From Hoeflea sp. (GTDB lineage: Bacteria > Pseudomonadota > Alphaproteobacteria > Rhizobiales > Rhizobiaceae), in NCBI GenBank assembly GCA_965228785.1, contig CBDDIF010000002.1, positions 1,516,361 to 1,580,360 of the forward strand: a stretch of 64,000 nt of DNA, read 5' to 3'. The notes beneath the pieces are model-generated. The model searched no databases, was not told where the DNA came from, and worked only from the letters and a program-made list of their open reading frames with translations. Shown one piece after another: positions 15,102-26,343 of this stretch. Position 1 is the stretch's first letter; the number at the start of each line of letters is the position of its first letter. The position numbers and the translations under genes are program-made.

Positions 15102-15530
15102 ATGAAACTTGAATTCCACCACATCAACTTCGTGTCAGAGAACGTCGACCGGCTCCATGATTTCTACACGAAGGTCCTGAGATTGGACGATATTCCGCTC
15201 AGTCAGTTTCCAAGAACGGAAGAGACGGACGATACGGGATACGGCGGCAAGATTCGATTTGCGACCGAGGGCGGGATGCAGTTGCATCTGGCGGAGCGCA
15301 ATCTCGACGTGGCATTCAAGAATGGGCAGGTGATCAATCCAGTCGAACGCGGCCATATTGCGTTTCGCACCGATGATCTCGCCGCAGTAAAGGCCATGCT
15401 CGAAGAAAACGGGATCCACTATTCCGACTACGGCACCGCCTTCTCGAAGGAATGGCACCAGATTTTCTTCCATGATCCGGAGGGAAACGTGGTCGAGGTG
15501 CACCAGGAGGTCGCCACGATGGGCGATTGA
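15102..15530 (+). CDS. VOC (glyoxalase/bleomycin resistance/dioxygenase) family protein
   Basis: 142 aa. MKLEFHHINFVSENVDRLHDFYTKVLRL.. and ..GHIAFRTDDL..FFHDPEGNVVEV are typical VOC beta-alpha-beta-beta-beta modules. Confidence 0.8.
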   Translation: MKLEFHHINFVSENVDRLHDFYTKVLRLDDIPLSQFPRTEETDDTGYGGKIRFATEGGMQLHLAERNLDVAFKNGQVINPVERGHIAFRTDDLAAVKAMLEENGIHYSDYGTAFSKEWHQIFFHDPEGNVVEVHQEVATMGD

Positions 15531-15568
15531 AGCGAGCCCAGATGGGGTCACAGCGACGCTTGCACGGT

Positions 15569-16813
15569 TCACGCGATCGCCGCGGGATCCTCCTCAGTCT
15601 CAATTCGCTCCGGTCGCACACCGATCCCGACAATGCGGGCTGGAATGCGTCGCAGCACGGGAAACCAGCCGGCCAATCGCAACGGCAAGGGCGGGTTGAT
15701 GGTTTCGGATTCGCTCAGAAGTGGGCCGATGACGCGGTTCTGCAGCATGACCTGGAGGCGCTGGGTTACTTTTGCGGCAAATGCGCGGCGTTGTTGAACG
15801 CGGTCGAGATCGGCCGCTTCGACGGGACCGGCGCGCAGCTTGTGGGCTAAGAGGTTGGCCGTTGCCACGCCGTCCTGCACGGCCAGATTGACGCCGACGC
15901 CACCGATCGGTGACATGGCGTGGGCCGCATCGCCGATCATCAACAGGCCAGGCTCGTGCCACTTGTCCAGCCGGTCGACCTGCACCGTCAGCAGCTTGAT
16001 CTTGTCCCAGTCGTCGAGTTCACCGACGCGGTCTGCGAAGAAGGGTGCGATGGACAACAGGCTGGCGTGGAAGGCATCAAGCCCCCTGCCCTTGATCGGT
16101 TCGAAGTCGCCCTTGGCGATGACATAGGCTACCTGCCAATAGTCGCCGCGATTGAGCAGGATGGCGATGTGGCCTGCGGTGAAGAAGAATGTCGTCTTGT
16201 CAGGGTCAGCCGGCAGCCGCGACAGTCGAAACCACAAAACGTCCATCGGCGCGCCGAGCGATTTGGCCTGCAGACCGGCCTGCTCGCGCATCAGCGAGTG
16301 GCGTCCGTCCGCGGCAATCACCAGGTCTGCCCGGATTTCGAGCGGGCCATCGGGCGTCGTTGTCGTCACGCCCACCACCCTACCCTTCTCCGTGATGAGA
16401 TCGGTGGCCTCGGTCTGCATGCGCAGGTCGAAGGTCCGGTATCGCCGGCCGAGGCCCGCCAGAAAATCGAGAAAGTCCCATTGCGGCATCAAGGCGATGT
16501 ATTTGCAACGCGTGGGCAAGTGGCGAAAATCCACGGCCTCGCTGTCGAAGTCACCGAAGCGGAGGCCGATCACCGGAGTTTTCTCGTGCGGCAGTTTCAG
16601 GAATGCGTCCAGAACCCCGAGCTGATGCATCAACTCCAATGTCGATGGGTGGATGGTATCGCCGCGAAAATCGCGGAAGAAATCCGCGTGCTTTTCAAGA
16701 ACGGTGACGTCGACGCCTGCCCGCGCCAGCAGCAGGCCTGTCATCACTCCGGCTGGACCGCCACCGACGATGCAACAGCGGGTTTTGATTGATAAGGACT
16801 CTGCGTCCGTCAC
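15569..16813 (-). CDS. FAD-dependent monooxygenase/oxidoreductase
   Basis: CCIVGGGPAGVMTGLLLARAGVDVTVLEK dinucleotide-binding motif and later GDAAHAMSPIGGVGVN. 414 aa. Its start overlaps the stop of the upstream permease gene by 4 nt. Confidence 0.85.
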   Translation of the reverse strand: MTDAESLSIKTRCCIVGGGPAGVMTGLLLARAGVDVTVLEKHADFFRDFRGDTIHPSTLELMHQLGVLDAFLKLPHEKTPVIGLRFGDFDSEAVDFRHLPTRCKYIALMPQWDFLDFLAGLGRRYRTFDLRMQTEATDLITEKGRVVGVTTTTPDGPLEIRADLVIAADGRHSLMREQAGLQAKSLGAPMDVLWFRLSRLPADPDKTTFFFTAGHIAILLNRGDYWQVAYVIAKGDFEPIKGRGLDAFHASLLSIAPFFADRVGELDDWDKIKLLTVQVDRLDKWHEPGLLMIGDAAHAMSPIGGVGVNLAVQDGVATANLLAHKLRAGPVEAADLDRVQQRRAFAAKVTQRLQVMLQNRVIGPLLSESETINPPLPLRLAGWFPVLRRIPARIVGIGVRPERIETEEDPAAIA

Positions 16814-17727
16814 CGACCCCTGATCCGCGGATCCAGCGCATCGCGCAAGCCGTCACCGATATAGTTGACGCTGAGCACGGTGAGCGAAATCGCGAGGCCG
16901 GGCCACAGCACCCGCTCGGGGTGTTGCTGCAGGTAGTCGGTCGAATCGAACAGCAGCCGGCCCCATGTCGGGAAATCGGACGGAAATCCGAGGCCAAGGA
17001 ATGAAAGCGCGGATTCAGTGATAATCGCGTTGGCAATGCCGAGCGTGGCTGAAACAGTAATAGGCGACAGCACGTTGGGCAGAATGTGGCGCGAAATCAT
17101 GCGCTGCGCCGGGGTACCGATCGAGCGCGACGCGATGACGAATTCGCGCTCCTTCAGCGCCAGCACGTCGCCGCGCACAATGCGCGCCGTTTGCATCCAC
17201 GAGGTGATTCCGATGATGAAGACGATCAGCAGGAAAATCCCGGTTTCTGGCCCGAAGGCCGCCCGCAGCGTGTCGCGGAACAGCATGATGATGACCAGCA
17301 ACAGTGGCAGCAGCGGCAGCGCCAGAAACAGATCGGTGAAGCGCATCAGCGGCCCATCGAGACGCTTGAAATAGCCGGCTACAACACCGACAAGCGTGCC
17401 CAGAACCAACGCCAGCAACATGGCCGTCACGCCGACGGCCATCGATACCTGGCCACCCATCAGGACACGGGCAAGAGTGTCGCGGCCGAGCTGGTCGGTG
17501 CCCATGGGATGGGCCCAGGAAGGACCCTGGTTGCGGGCGCGAATATCGATGTATTGGGCATCGATGTGCCAGAGCAGCGGCCCAATCACCACGGCAACAA
17601 CCACAAAAAGGAAGAAGCCCATGCCGATCAGCGCGCCCTTGTGGGTCTTGTACTGATCCCAGACATTGAGCCATTGCGACTGCGGCGGACGCGCGGCGGC
17701 GAGTGAATCGGGCGCGATATCAGTCAT
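16810..17727 (-). CDS. ABC transporter permease, DppC/OppC type
   Basis: Polytopic, with the EAA-like region ..TSWMQTARIVRGDVLALKEREFVIASRSIG... The ATG at 17727 overlaps the upstream permease stop; the longer ORF start at 17769 is rejected. Confidence 0.85.
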   Translation of the reverse strand: MTDIAPDSLAAARPPQSQWLNVWDQYKTHKGALIGMGFFLFVVVAVVIGPLLWHIDAQYIDIRARNQGPSWAHPMGTDQLGRDTLARVLMGGQVSMAVGVTAMLLALVLGTLVGVVAGYFKRLDGPLMRFTDLFLALPLLPLLLVIIMLFRDTLRAAFGPETGIFLLIVFIIGITSWMQTARIVRGDVLALKEREFVIASRSIGTPAQRMISRHILPNVLSPITVSATLGIANAIITESALSFLGLGFPSDFPTWGRLLFDSTDYLQQHPERVLWPGLAISLTVLSVNYIGDGLRDALDPRIRGR

Positions 17728-18727
17728 AGCGGATCCTCGGATCGAGTATGCCGTAGAGGATGTCGGCAACCAGGTTGAACACCACGATCAACACGGCAAA
17801 GATGAAGGTCAGGGTCTGAACTGTCGGCAGGTCGCCACCCTGAATGGCGATGATCAGCAATTGACCGAGACCGTTCACCTTGAACACCTGTTCGGTGATG
17901 ATGGCGCCCCCGAAGATCTGCGGCACGCCGAGCGCGATAACCGTCACGACCGGAATGAGCGAGTTGCGCAAGACGTGGATGAGCACCACGGTGCGCTCCC
18001 GCATGCCCTTGGCGCGGGCGGTACGCACATAATCCTGGTTCAGGTTGTCGAGCATCGAGGCACGCATGAAGCGGCTGATCTGCGCGGCGTTGAAGAGCGC
18101 CAGCACGGTCACCGGCATGATCATCTGACGAACCTGGAAGACGAAGCTCGACCAGTCGGTCACCTTGTGTGTGGTGTCATAAATCGATGGGAACCAGCCG
18201 AGCCAGACCGAGAAAACCACGATCATCAGTACGCCTGTAAAGAAGGTCGGGACGGAAAAGCCGACCATCGAGATGAATGTGCCGGCCTGGTCGAACCAGC
18301 TGTATTGCTTGTAGGCGGAATAGATGCCAATGGGCAGCGCGATCAGGACACCGACAACGTAGGACATACCCACGACCCAGAGGGTCTGCGGCATGCGCTG
18401 AACGATCAGGTCGACCACGGGAGAACGGGTCTGCCAGCTCAGCACGCGTAACCGGTCGCCGCCGATTTGCCATCCGGTCCATTGTTCGATGATGTTCAGC
18501 GGCTCATTGACGAAGAACTGGTTGCACCAAAGCAGGTAGCGGATCCAGATCGGTTCACCAAGGCCGAGGGACAGGCGGATCTTTTCGCGCACCTCGGGTG
18601 GGATCGTCAGGGGCAGGTTGGCTGTCGGGTCGCTGGGCGCGAGATCGAGCAGCAAAAAAATGATCAGGCTTATCGCGATCAGCGTCGGGATCGCCAGCAG
18701 CAATCGTCGGATGGTGTAATTCAGCAT
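17720..18727 (-). CDS. ABC transporter permease, DppB/OppB type
   Basis: MLNYTIRRLLLAIPTLIAISLIIFLLL.. is the canonical OppB/DppB N-terminus. 335 aa. Confidence 0.9.
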   Translation of the reverse strand: MLNYTIRRLLLAIPTLIAISLIIFLLLDLAPSDPTANLPLTIPPEVREKIRLSLGLGEPIWIRYLLWCNQFFVNEPLNIIEQWTGWQIGGDRLRVLSWQTRSPVVDLIVQRMPQTLWVVGMSYVVGVLIALPIGIYSAYKQYSWFDQAGTFISMVGFSVPTFFTGVLMIVVFSVWLGWFPSIYDTTHKVTDWSSFVFQVRQMIMPVTVLALFNAAQISRFMRASMLDNLNQDYVRTARAKGMRERTVVLIHVLRNSLIPVVTVIALGVPQIFGGAIITEQVFKVNGLGQLLIIAIQGGDLPTVQTLTFIFAVLIVVFNLVADILYGILDPRIRYD

Positions 18728-18792
18728 CGCTTCGGCGCCTTACGCGCTGGCAAATTGCCGCCCCGGGAGATCCCGGGACGGCAAAAGGGTCG

Positions 18793-20496
18793 TTACTGGG
18801 TCTTGGTGCGATGCCAGTCGGCAGCATTCCAAAGCTCGGAATCCCAGGTGTTGAGGATAACACCACCAAGCGTGTTGGAATGGGCCGAGACACGACCGCG
18901 ATCGACGAGCGGCAGCATGACATAGTCCTGCATCAGCAAGTCGTTCATCGACTTGGCCAATTCTGCACGCTCGAGAAGCGCACCGGTCTGCGACAGTTTG
19001 TCGACCAGGGCGTCATACTCTTCACTGCAGTAGCGCGGCATGTTGTTGCCCTGCCACTGGGATTCAGGACGCGGTGCCTGTTTGCATTCCCAGTTGGCCA
19101 TGTAGGCTTCCGGATCTGTGCCATCGAAGTTGTTGGCGTACATTTCGACGTCAGCAAAGAACTTCTGGTAGGTGTCCGGGCTCGCCGGATCGCCACCGAA
19201 GAAGACAGCGGCGTCGATGTTGCGCAGTTCGGTTTCGACACCGATATCCGACCACCACTGCTTGATCAGAGCCTGGAAGTCCTGACGCACGGCGTTGGTC
19301 GATGTCTGGTAAAGGATCGACAGACGAACGCCGTCCTTGGCGCGCACACCATCACCACCCGGCTTCCAGCCGGCATCGTCCAGCATCTTCTTGGCACCTT
19401 CGATATCCTGCACGAGGCAGCCATCGTTGGCAGACGACTTGTAGATTTCCGGAGCCGGAAGAACGTTACAGGTCGGCCGTCCGGCGCTACCGTAACCGAT
19501 TTCGACCAGCAAGTTGCGGTCGATGGCCATTGACAGAGCCTGGCGAACTGCCTTGTCAGACAGGAACGGGTGCGGATGCTTGGCAGTCGACCGCTCGTCG
19601 CCCAGGTCCGGGCTCGGGTTGGTCAGGTTCACCAAGATACGCTCGACCAGCGTACCGAAGGACGAAACCACCTTGCCCTTACCGGCAGCTTCCATGTTGG
19701 CCAGGACTTCCGGAGCCAACTGCAGGTTCCAGGCGTAGTCGAATTCACCGGTTTCCAAGACCGAGCGACCAGCAGCCGCGGCATCACCACCGCCCTTGAA
19801 GGTCAGCGACGCGAATGCCGGTTTGGCCGGATCACGATAGTTCGGGTTGGCTTCCATGGAAATTACGTCATTCGGACGGAAGTCGGTGACCCTGAACGGG
19901 CCGGTGCCGATCGGACCGAAATTGGCGTCGGTGCATTCCGGAGCTTTCGCACCGAGGCAGTCAGCGAACTGAGCGGCCTGAATCACCGGAGTCTGCGCAC
20001 CAACGAAGGCGCCGTATGGGAACGGCTTCGGCACGTCGAACATGATCGTCAGGGTCTTGTCATCGACAATCTTGACGTCGGTAATGTCGTTGAAGCGCTC
20101 GCTCTGGGCGCAGCCGCCTTCGGGATGCGTACAGTACTGCCAGGTGAACTGCACGTCCTTTGATGTCAAAGGAGATCCGTCGGACCACATAATGCCGTCT
20201 TTGATCTTCCAGGTAATCGATTTCAGATCAGACGAAACACCGCCGTTTTCAACCGTCGGAACTTCTTGCGCAAGCCATGGAACCATGTTGCCGTCCTGGT
20301 CGTAGCGAGCCAGCGGCTCGACAACCAGCGAAGAGGATTCGATGTCCTTGGTTCCGCCCGAAAGATATGGGTTCAGCGTCGACGGCGCCTGCCAATAGAT
20401 AATGTTGACATGCCCGTCGGAGCCGCGCTCGGCGAGGGCCGCCGGCGTCAGTGCCAAACTGGCAACTGCTCCCAATAGTAGTGCTTTCTTGGTCAT
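18793..20496 (-). CDS. ABC transporter substrate-binding protein, family 5 (peptide/nickel type)
   Basis: Signal peptide [22 protein letters not shown]. 567 aa, located between the ATPase and permease genes. Confidence 0.85.
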   Translation of the reverse strand: MTKKALLLGAVASLALTPAALAERGSDGHVNIIYWQAPSTLNPYLSGGTKDIESSSLVVEPLARYDQDGNMVPWLAQEVPTVENGGVSSDLKSITWKIKDGIMWSDGSPLTSKDVQFTWQYCTHPEGGCAQSERFNDITDVKIVDDKTLTIMFDVPKPFPYGAFVGAQTPVIQAAQFADCLGAKAPECTDANFGPIGTGPFRVTDFRPNDVISMEANPNYRDPAKPAFASLTFKGGGDAAAAGRSVLETGEFDYAWNLQLAPEVLANMEAAGKGKVVSSFGTLVERILVNLTNPSPDLGDERSTAKHPHPFLSDKAVRQALSMAIDRNLLVEIGYGSAGRPTCNVLPAPEIYKSSANDGCLVQDIEGAKKMLDDAGWKPGGDGVRAKDGVRLSILYQTSTNAVRQDFQALIKQWWSDIGVETELRNIDAAVFFGGDPASPDTYQKFFADVEMYANNFDGTDPEAYMANWECKQAPRPESQWQGNNMPRYCSEEYDALVDKLSQTGALLERAELAKSMNDLLMQDYVMLPLVDRGRVSAHSNTLGGVILNTWDSELWNAADWHRTKTQ

Positions 20497-21548
20497 TGTT
20501 GTCCTCCGTTGGAGTTAGTTATTGCTGTTGTCGCCGGTGGTTGGTCCCCGGTCGCTATGGTTGTTGACTCGACTAAATGGCAGGCCGTGAACTGCCCGGG
20601 TGCTACTTCCCGGAAATCCGGGTCGACTTCCCGGCAGATGTCCTCGACCCTGGGGCAACGGGTGCAAAAATTACAGCCGCGGGGCGTATTTGCGGGCGAC
20701 GGCACGTCTCCCTTGAGAATAATATGCCGGCGCTCCTTCTCGCGCACCGGATCGGGCTCGGGAACGGCGGAAAGCAACGCCTGGGTATAGGGGTGCTTCG
20801 GATCCGTATAGAGCTTGTCACGCGGTGCCAGCTCGACAATCTTGCCGAGATACATGACAGCCACTCTGTCGGCGATGTGTCGCACCATCGACAGGTCATG
20901 GCTGATGAACAGGTAGGTCAACCCGAATTGCTCCTGCAGGTCTTCCAGCAGGTTGACCACCTGCGCCTGAATGGAGACGTCGAGCGCTGCGATTGGTTCG
21001 TCGCAGACAATGAACTTGGGATTGAGCGCCAGCGCGCGTGCGATACCGATGCGCTGCCGCTGACCTCCGGAAAACTCGTGCGGATAACGATTGGCAAAGG
21101 ACCGGTTGAGACCGACCGCATCCATCAGCGTATAGACGCGTTCCAGCCTTTCCGCCCGGTTCAGCTGTTCATGCTCGACCAACGGCTCGCCGATAATCCC
21201 TGCCACCGTCATGCGCGGATTGAGGCTTGCCTGCGGATCCTGGAATATCATCTGCATTTTCGGCCGCATCTTGCGCAGCGCATCGCTGTCAAGACTGGCC
21301 AGTTCGGTGCCGTCGATGGTCACCGATCCGCTTGTGAGTTCGTAAAGCCTGATGATGGCGCGGCCGGCAGTGGATTTGCCGCAGCCGGATTCGCCGACAA
21401 GGCCGAGCGTCTCGCTTTCGAAGATATCGAGGGAAATCTCGTCCACGGCCTTGATATCGCCGACATGGCGGCGAAAGACGCCGGCATAGATCGGGAAGTG
21501 CATTTTCAGGTCGCGGACCTCGACCAGTGGGCTCGCTGCGTCAGACAT
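20493..21548 (-). CDS. ABC transporter ATP-binding protein (OppF/DppF type)
   Basis: Walker [10 protein letters not shown] and signature [15 protein letters not shown]. The ATG at 21548 ([11 protein letters not shown]..) overlaps the upstream ATPase stop by 8 nt. Confidence 0.9.
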   Translation of the reverse strand: MSDAASPLVEVRDLKMHFPIYAGVFRRHVGDIKAVDEISLDIFESETLGLVGESGCGKSTAGRAIIRLYELTSGSVTIDGTELASLDSDALRKMRPKMQMIFQDPQASLNPRMTVAGIIGEPLVEHEQLNRAERLERVYTLMDAVGLNRSFANRYPHEFSGGQRQRIGIARALALNPKFIVCDEPIAALDVSIQAQVVNLLEDLQEQFGLTYLFISHDLSMVRHIADRVAVMYLGKIVELAPRDKLYTDPKHPYTQALLSAVPEPDPVREKERRHIILKGDVPSPANTPRGCNFCTRCPRVEDICREVDPDFREVAPGQFTACHLVESTTIATGDQPPATTAITNSNGGQQ

Positions 21549-22545
21549 CGCGCGGCCCTCCAGTGACCGGATCCCAGAAACATGCAACGTCATGTTCGGG
21601 ATTGACCGGTTGTCGACGCGGGTCGCTCTGACGGCAGCGATCGAAAGCATGCGTGCAGCGCGCCTGGTAGGAACATTGCTTCGGCGTTCCCAGAAGAATT
21701 GGCGGTTGGCCTTCGATCACCCGAAGCCGCTGTGCGCGGTCGCCGCGAATGTTCGGGACGGTCTGCAACAACGCCCGCGTGTAGGGATGTTGCGGATTGG
21801 CGAACAACTCGTCAACCGGTGCCTGTTCTACGATCTGACCGCCATACATCACCATCACGCGGTCAGCTATGCCGGCAATGACACCAAGATCATGGGTGAT
21901 CCAGACAATGGCCATGCCGAGCTTGCTACGCAGGTCCTTCATCAAGTCGATAATCTGTGCCTGGATGGTGACGTCAAGCGCCGTTGTCGGCTCGTCGGCG
22001 ATCAGAACCTTAGGATCGCAAGCCAGTGCGATGGCGATCATGACACGCTGTCTCATGCCGCCCGAAAACTGGTGCGGGAAGTCCGAGAGCCGATTCTCCG
22101 GATCGGCAATACCGACAAGGGCAAGCAGCTCCGCAGCCCGACCACGCGCTTCCGAATGGGTCATACCCATATGTTTGCGAAGCGGCTCCATCAGCTGAAA
22201 TCCGACGGTAAAAACCGGATTGAGTGATGTCATCGGGTCCTGGAAAATAAACCCGATACTTGCACCGCGCACCGAGCGCAACTCATCATCGCTGGCCCGC
22301 AGCAAATCCATTCCATCGAAACTGACATGGCCACCCTCGATCACCGCTGGAGGCGACGGCAACAAACCGATCAGCGACATCATCGTCACGGATTTGCCTG
22401 AGCCACTCTCGCCCACAACGCCCAAAAGTTCGCCAGGCTTTAAGTCAAAACTGACCGAATTTACTGCGTGGATTTGCCCCTGACCCGTCTGAAATACGGT
22501 CCTCAGGTCTTTGACATCCAGGACGGTCCCCGAGCCGTCAGACAT
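21541..22545 (-). CDS. ABC transporter ATP-binding protein (OppD/DppD type)
   Basis: Walker [10 protein letters not shown], signature [15 protein letters not shown], and the C-terminal oligopeptide-ATPase extension. Confidence 0.9.
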   Translation of the reverse strand: MSDGSGTVLDVKDLRTVFQTGQGQIHAVNSVSFDLKPGELLGVVGESGSGKSVTMMSLIGLLPSPPAVIEGGHVSFDGMDLLRASDDELRSVRGASIGFIFQDPMTSLNPVFTVGFQLMEPLRKHMGMTHSEARGRAAELLALVGIADPENRLSDFPHQFSGGMRQRVMIAIALACDPKVLIADEPTTALDVTIQAQIIDLMKDLRSKLGMAIVWITHDLGVIAGIADRVMVMYGGQIVEQAPVDELFANPQHPYTRALLQTVPNIRGDRAQRLRVIEGQPPILLGTPKQCSYQARCTHAFDRCRQSDPRRQPVNPEHDVACFWDPVTGGPRDV

Positions 22546-22996
22546 GTAATACTCCGTACGCGCACGCTTGCATGCAGCGTTTCACTCCCCTACTCGTTTT
22601 ATTTTTTTAGTGAACGTATCACGAGAAATTCCCGCCGCAAGTGCAAATTGAGTTTGTCCCGAATAGTCGCCTTTTTGTCGGACGGCGTGACGGCTGAATT
22701 CCGCCGAAGGATAAGCAAGAGATGCGCCAGAATCCGGGAAAACCCTTGCGGACTGGGCTCGCAAGGGCATTGACCCCCGCGACATTTAACCATCGAGCGC
22801 AATTCAGCGCGTTGGTGTCGCTTTTTGGGCAGCATGGGTTGTGTCACGATTTGCACTCTATGCGCGCTGGTTCAGAAGGCGCCAAAAAAGGGAGTAGTGC
22901 CAACGGGTTGGGATTTACAGCTAGATTTTCCACCGGAGTTGGCTAATTTGTTGGCCTGAGCCACAAGAATAATGCCTCATAAGTAAGGGAGACACT

Positions 22997-24601
22997 ATGA
23001 GCAATCCAGATACAGACGCCATTCTGGCGGCCATCTTGGAGGCTGCGCGAAAGAAACGCCTGAACCGCCGCGGATTCATGGAAGGCGCGCTTGCAACCGG
23101 TGCAACTGTCGCTGCGGCTTCAACGCTGTGGTCGACGGATGTCGCTGCACAGACCCCCAAAAAGGGCGGCACATTCCGTGTCGGCGTGCATGACGGCAAC
23201 ACGGCCGACAGCCTTGACCCGGGCACGACGGAAAGTGTCTACATGATCCAGCTGTCGCACGCCAGCCGCAGCTATCTGACTGAGATCACAAACACCAACG
23301 AACTCGGCCCCGACGTCGCCATGAGCTGGGAGGCAACTCCGGATGCCACGGAATGGCGGTTCAAGATCGCGCCGGGTATCACCTTCCACAGCGGCAAGGC
23401 ACTGTCGGTTGAAGATGTCGTCGCTTCGCTGAATTTCCACAGGGGCGAAGAAACCACCTCGGCCGCCAAGGCGCTGCTGACGGACGTTAGCGACATTACC
23501 ACTGAAGGCAATGATACCGTCGTCATCAAGCTTTCCTCCGGTAATGCCGACCTTCCGTACCTTCTGTCTGACTATCACCTTGTCATCCTGCCGGCGAAAG
23601 GCGACAGCATCGACTGGCAGAGCGGCGACGGCACCGGCCCTTACAAGATCGTCAACCATGAGCCAGGCGTTCGCTCCGAGTTTGTGAAGCACGACGGATG
23701 GCACCGTGAAGGTGCCTATTTCGACTCAGTCACAATGCTGGCGCTGAACGACGCAAATGCCCGCCAGACCGCCTTGATCACAGGCGATATCGACGCCATC
23801 ACCGACGTCGACCTCAAAACTGTCGGACTGCTGCAGCGGGCACCTGGCATCAAGATTGATGATGTGCCCAGCGGGTCGCATGTAACACTGCCCATGTTTT
23901 GCGATCAGGCGCCTTTCGACAATGTCGACGTTCGTCTCGCTCTGAAGTATGCCATCAACCGTGAAGAGATCATCGAAAAAATCCTCTTCGGCTACGGCAG
24001 CATCGGCAACGACCACCCGATTGCCCCGTCCTTGCCCTACTGGGCGGATCTGGAGCAGCGTCAGTACGACCCGGACAAAGCCAAGTTCCACATGGAGAAG
24101 TCCGGCTTGGGTACTATCGACGTCAATCTATCGGCTGCCGACAGTGTGATGAGCGGTGCCGTCGACATGTGTGTTCTGTACGCAGAACACGCCAGGTCTG
24201 CCGGCATCAATATCAATGTCGTGCGCGAACCGGCAGACGGCTACTGGTCAAATGTCTGGCTGGTCAAACCGTTCATCTTCGTCCAGTGGGGCGCCCGGCC
24301 AACGCCAGACGTCATGTTCTCGCTGGCTTACAAGGACGATGCCGCCTGGAACGAAAGCCACTGGAGGAACCCGCGCTTCAACGAGCTGTTGCTGGCTGCC
24401 AAAGCCGAGCTTGACGACGCCAAACGCGGCGACATGTACCAGGAAATGCAGTTGCTCTGCCGCGACGACGGCGGCACGATCGTTCCATTCTTCCGTAACC
24501 GCACGATGGCACGGCGCGACAACGTCATGCATGGCGAGTTCATTGCGTCCAACTGGGAGTTGGACGGCGCCCGCGCCTACCAGCGCTGGTGGTTCGGTTA
24601 A
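22997..24601 (+). CDS. ABC transporter substrate-binding protein, family 5, Tat-type signal
   Basis: N-terminus ..KKRLNRRGFMEGALATGATVAAAS (twin-arginine-like). 534 aa. Convergent with the ABC permease/ATPase operon at 24688-28372. Confidence 0.85.
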   Translation: MSNPDTDAILAAILEAARKKRLNRRGFMEGALATGATVAAASTLWSTDVAAQTPKKGGTFRVGVHDGNTADSLDPGTTESVYMIQLSHASRSYLTEITNTNELGPDVAMSWEATPDATEWRFKIAPGITFHSGKALSVEDVVASLNFHRGEETTSAAKALLTDVSDITTEGNDTVVIKLSSGNADLPYLLSDYHLVILPAKGDSIDWQSGDGTGPYKIVNHEPGVRSEFVKHDGWHREGAYFDSVTMLALNDANARQTALITGDIDAITDVDLKTVGLLQRAPGIKIDDVPSGSHVTLPMFCDQAPFDNVDVRLALKYAINREEIIEKILFGYGSIGNDHPIAPSLPYWADLEQRQYDPDKAKFHMEKSGLGTIDVNLSAADSVMSGAVDMCVLYAEHARSAGININVVREPADGYWSNVWLVKPFIFVQWGARPTPDVMFSLAYKDDAAWNESHWRNPRFNELLLAAKAELDDAKRGDMYQEMQLLCRDDGGTIVPFFRNRTMARRDNVMHGEFIASNWELDGARAYQRWWFG

Positions 24602-24611
24602 TCAAAAAGAT

Positions 24612-24636
24612 ACCCCGGACCCAGTGGGTCCGGGGT
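24612..24636. terminator. GC-rich hairpin (ACCCCGGACCC-agt-GGGTCCGGGGT), probable bidirectional terminator element
   Basis: Perfect 11-bp stem between convergent genes. A T-run follows on the minus-strand reading (atcttttt). Confidence 0.6.
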
Positions 24637-24653
24637 GTTCGACTTTCAAAAGA

Positions 24654-24686
24654 CCCGGCGGTTGGCGCAAGCCCCGCCGGGTTTTT
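24654..24686. terminator. Hairpin CCCGGCGG...CCGCCGGG followed by TTTTT; terminator for the + strand SBP gene, also usable from the minus strand
   Basis: 8-bp stem at 24654-24661/24674-24681, then ttttt at 24682-24686. Confidence 0.6.
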
Positions 24687-24687
24687 C

Positions 24688-26340
24688 TTACTTCTCGTTG
24701 GCTGCTTCGCCGACGTTTTCGACGCCGCGCTCTTCCAAGAGCTTGCTGAGCCAGTCCGGATCCATCTCCGGTACGGATGACAGCAGGAGGTCCGTGTATT
24801 CGTGATGCGGCGGTTTGAACATTTCGTTCTTGGGACCCATTTCGACCACCTTGCCCTCTTTCATGACGACCACCACGTCAGCGATCGAACGCACGGTCGC
24901 CAGATCATGGGTGATGAACATGTAGGCCAGATTCAGGTCCTTTTGCAGTCGGTCGAGCAATCGAAGAATACCCTCGGCGACCAACTGATCGAGCGCACTG
25001 GTCACCTCGTCGCAGATGATGAAACTCGGCTCCGCGGCCAGCGCACGGGCGATGCCGACGCGCTGCTTCTGTCCGCCGGACAGCTCTGAGGGCAGCCTGT
25101 GATAGTAGAGCGATGGCTCCAGTTCGATCTGGTCGAGCAACTGATCGACCCGCTTTTTCAGGTCGGCACCGCGCAGGCCACCGTAGAATTGTGCCGGCCG
25201 GCCGATGATTTCGCCTATCGATTTTTTCGGGTTCAGTGCGGTGTCAGCCATCTGGTAGATCATCTGCGCGTGGCGCAGTTGATCCTTGGTGCGGTCCTGG
25301 TAACGCCTTGGCATGGCTTTGCCCTCGAAGAGGATATCGCCATGGGTGGGCGGCAACAGCCCGGTGATGCAGCGGGCCGTGGTGGATTTGCCGGATCCGG
25401 ATTCGCCGACGACGGCGACGGTCTGACCGCGATAAATGTCGAAGGACACGCCATCGAGTACCTGCACCGGTCCATAGGAGGCGGAAACGCCCTTGACCGA
25501 TATCAGCGGCGTTTCGTTCTTCGGCGGCTCCGGTTTCTGATCACGCTGGAAACTCCGCACCGCCCAAAGAGACTTCGTATAGTCTTCCGATGGGTCGGAC
25601 AGCATCTTGCGCGTGTCGGCTTCTTCGACCTCATCGCCCTTGAGCAGCACCTTGATACGGTCGGCCATCTGCGCCACGACCGCCAAATCGTGGGTGATAT
25701 AGAGCGCTGCCGTATCGAACTGATCGACGATGTCCCGGATCGCGGCGAGCACCTCGATCTGGGTTGTCACATCAAGCGCCGTCGTGGGCTCGTCAAAGAT
25801 GATCAGGTCCGGGCGGCAGCTCATTGCCATGGCTGTCATCGCACGCTGCAACTGACCGCCGGAGACCTGGTGAGGATAGCGGAAGCCAATTTCCTCCGGA
25901 TTGGGTAGCCGCAGCCGGCGATAGAGCTCGATGGCGTCGGCTTGGCTCTCCGCCTTGGTGTTGATCTTGTGCAGCAAAGCCGATTCGGTGTGTTGGTCGA
26001 TCAGCTTGTGGGCCGGATTAAAAGACGCCGCCGCCGACTGGGCCACGTAGGCGATGCGCGAGCCGCGCAACACCCGCCGCTCGGCCCTGGTTGCCGTCGT
26101 CAGATCCATGCCGTCAAACAGCACCGTTCCGTTGGAAATCCGACACCCGTCTCGGGTGAAGCCCATCGCTGCCAGTCCGATGGTGGACTTGCCGGCGCCG
26201 GACTCGCCGATGAGGCCCATCACCTCGCCGCGATGCAGGGTGAGATCGACTCCGTGTACAATCTCGATCCACTGCTCGTCGGAATAGCCCTCGATCTTGA
26301 GGTCCTTGATTTCGAGCAGGACACTTTTTTCTTTGGCCAT
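24688..26340 (-). CDS. ABC transporter ATP-binding protein, fused double-ATPase (DppD-DppF fusion type)
   Basis: Two Walker A motifs ([18 protein letters not shown]) and two signatures (VSGGQLQR, LSGGQKQR) in 550 aa. Confidence 0.9.
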   Translation of the reverse strand: MAKEKSVLLEIKDLKIEGYSDEQWIEIVHGVDLTLHRGEVMGLIGESGAGKSTIGLAAMGFTRDGCRISNGTVLFDGMDLTTATRAERRVLRGSRIAYVAQSAAASFNPAHKLIDQHTESALLHKINTKAESQADAIELYRRLRLPNPEEIGFRYPHQVSGGQLQRAMTAMAMSCRPDLIIFDEPTTALDVTTQIEVLAAIRDIVDQFDTAALYITHDLAVVAQMADRIKVLLKGDEVEEADTRKMLSDPSEDYTKSLWAVRSFQRDQKPEPPKNETPLISVKGVSASYGPVQVLDGVSFDIYRGQTVAVVGESGSGKSTTARCITGLLPPTHGDILFEGKAMPRRYQDRTKDQLRHAQMIYQMADTALNPKKSIGEIIGRPAQFYGGLRGADLKKRVDQLLDQIELEPSLYYHRLPSELSGGQKQRVGIARALAAEPSFIICDEVTSALDQLVAEGILRLLDRLQKDLNLAYMFITHDLATVRSIADVVVVMKEGKVVEMGPKNEMFKPPHHEYTDLLLSSVPEMDPDWLSKLLEERGVENVGEAANEK

Positions 26341-26343
26341 GGT

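Noticed and set aside
22582-22856. Small ORFs (67 and 85 aa, minus strand) in the 450-nt intergenic region 22546-22996.
   Set aside because: They have no RBS, odd composition and no recognisable motifs. The region is more likely regulatory or leader sequence.
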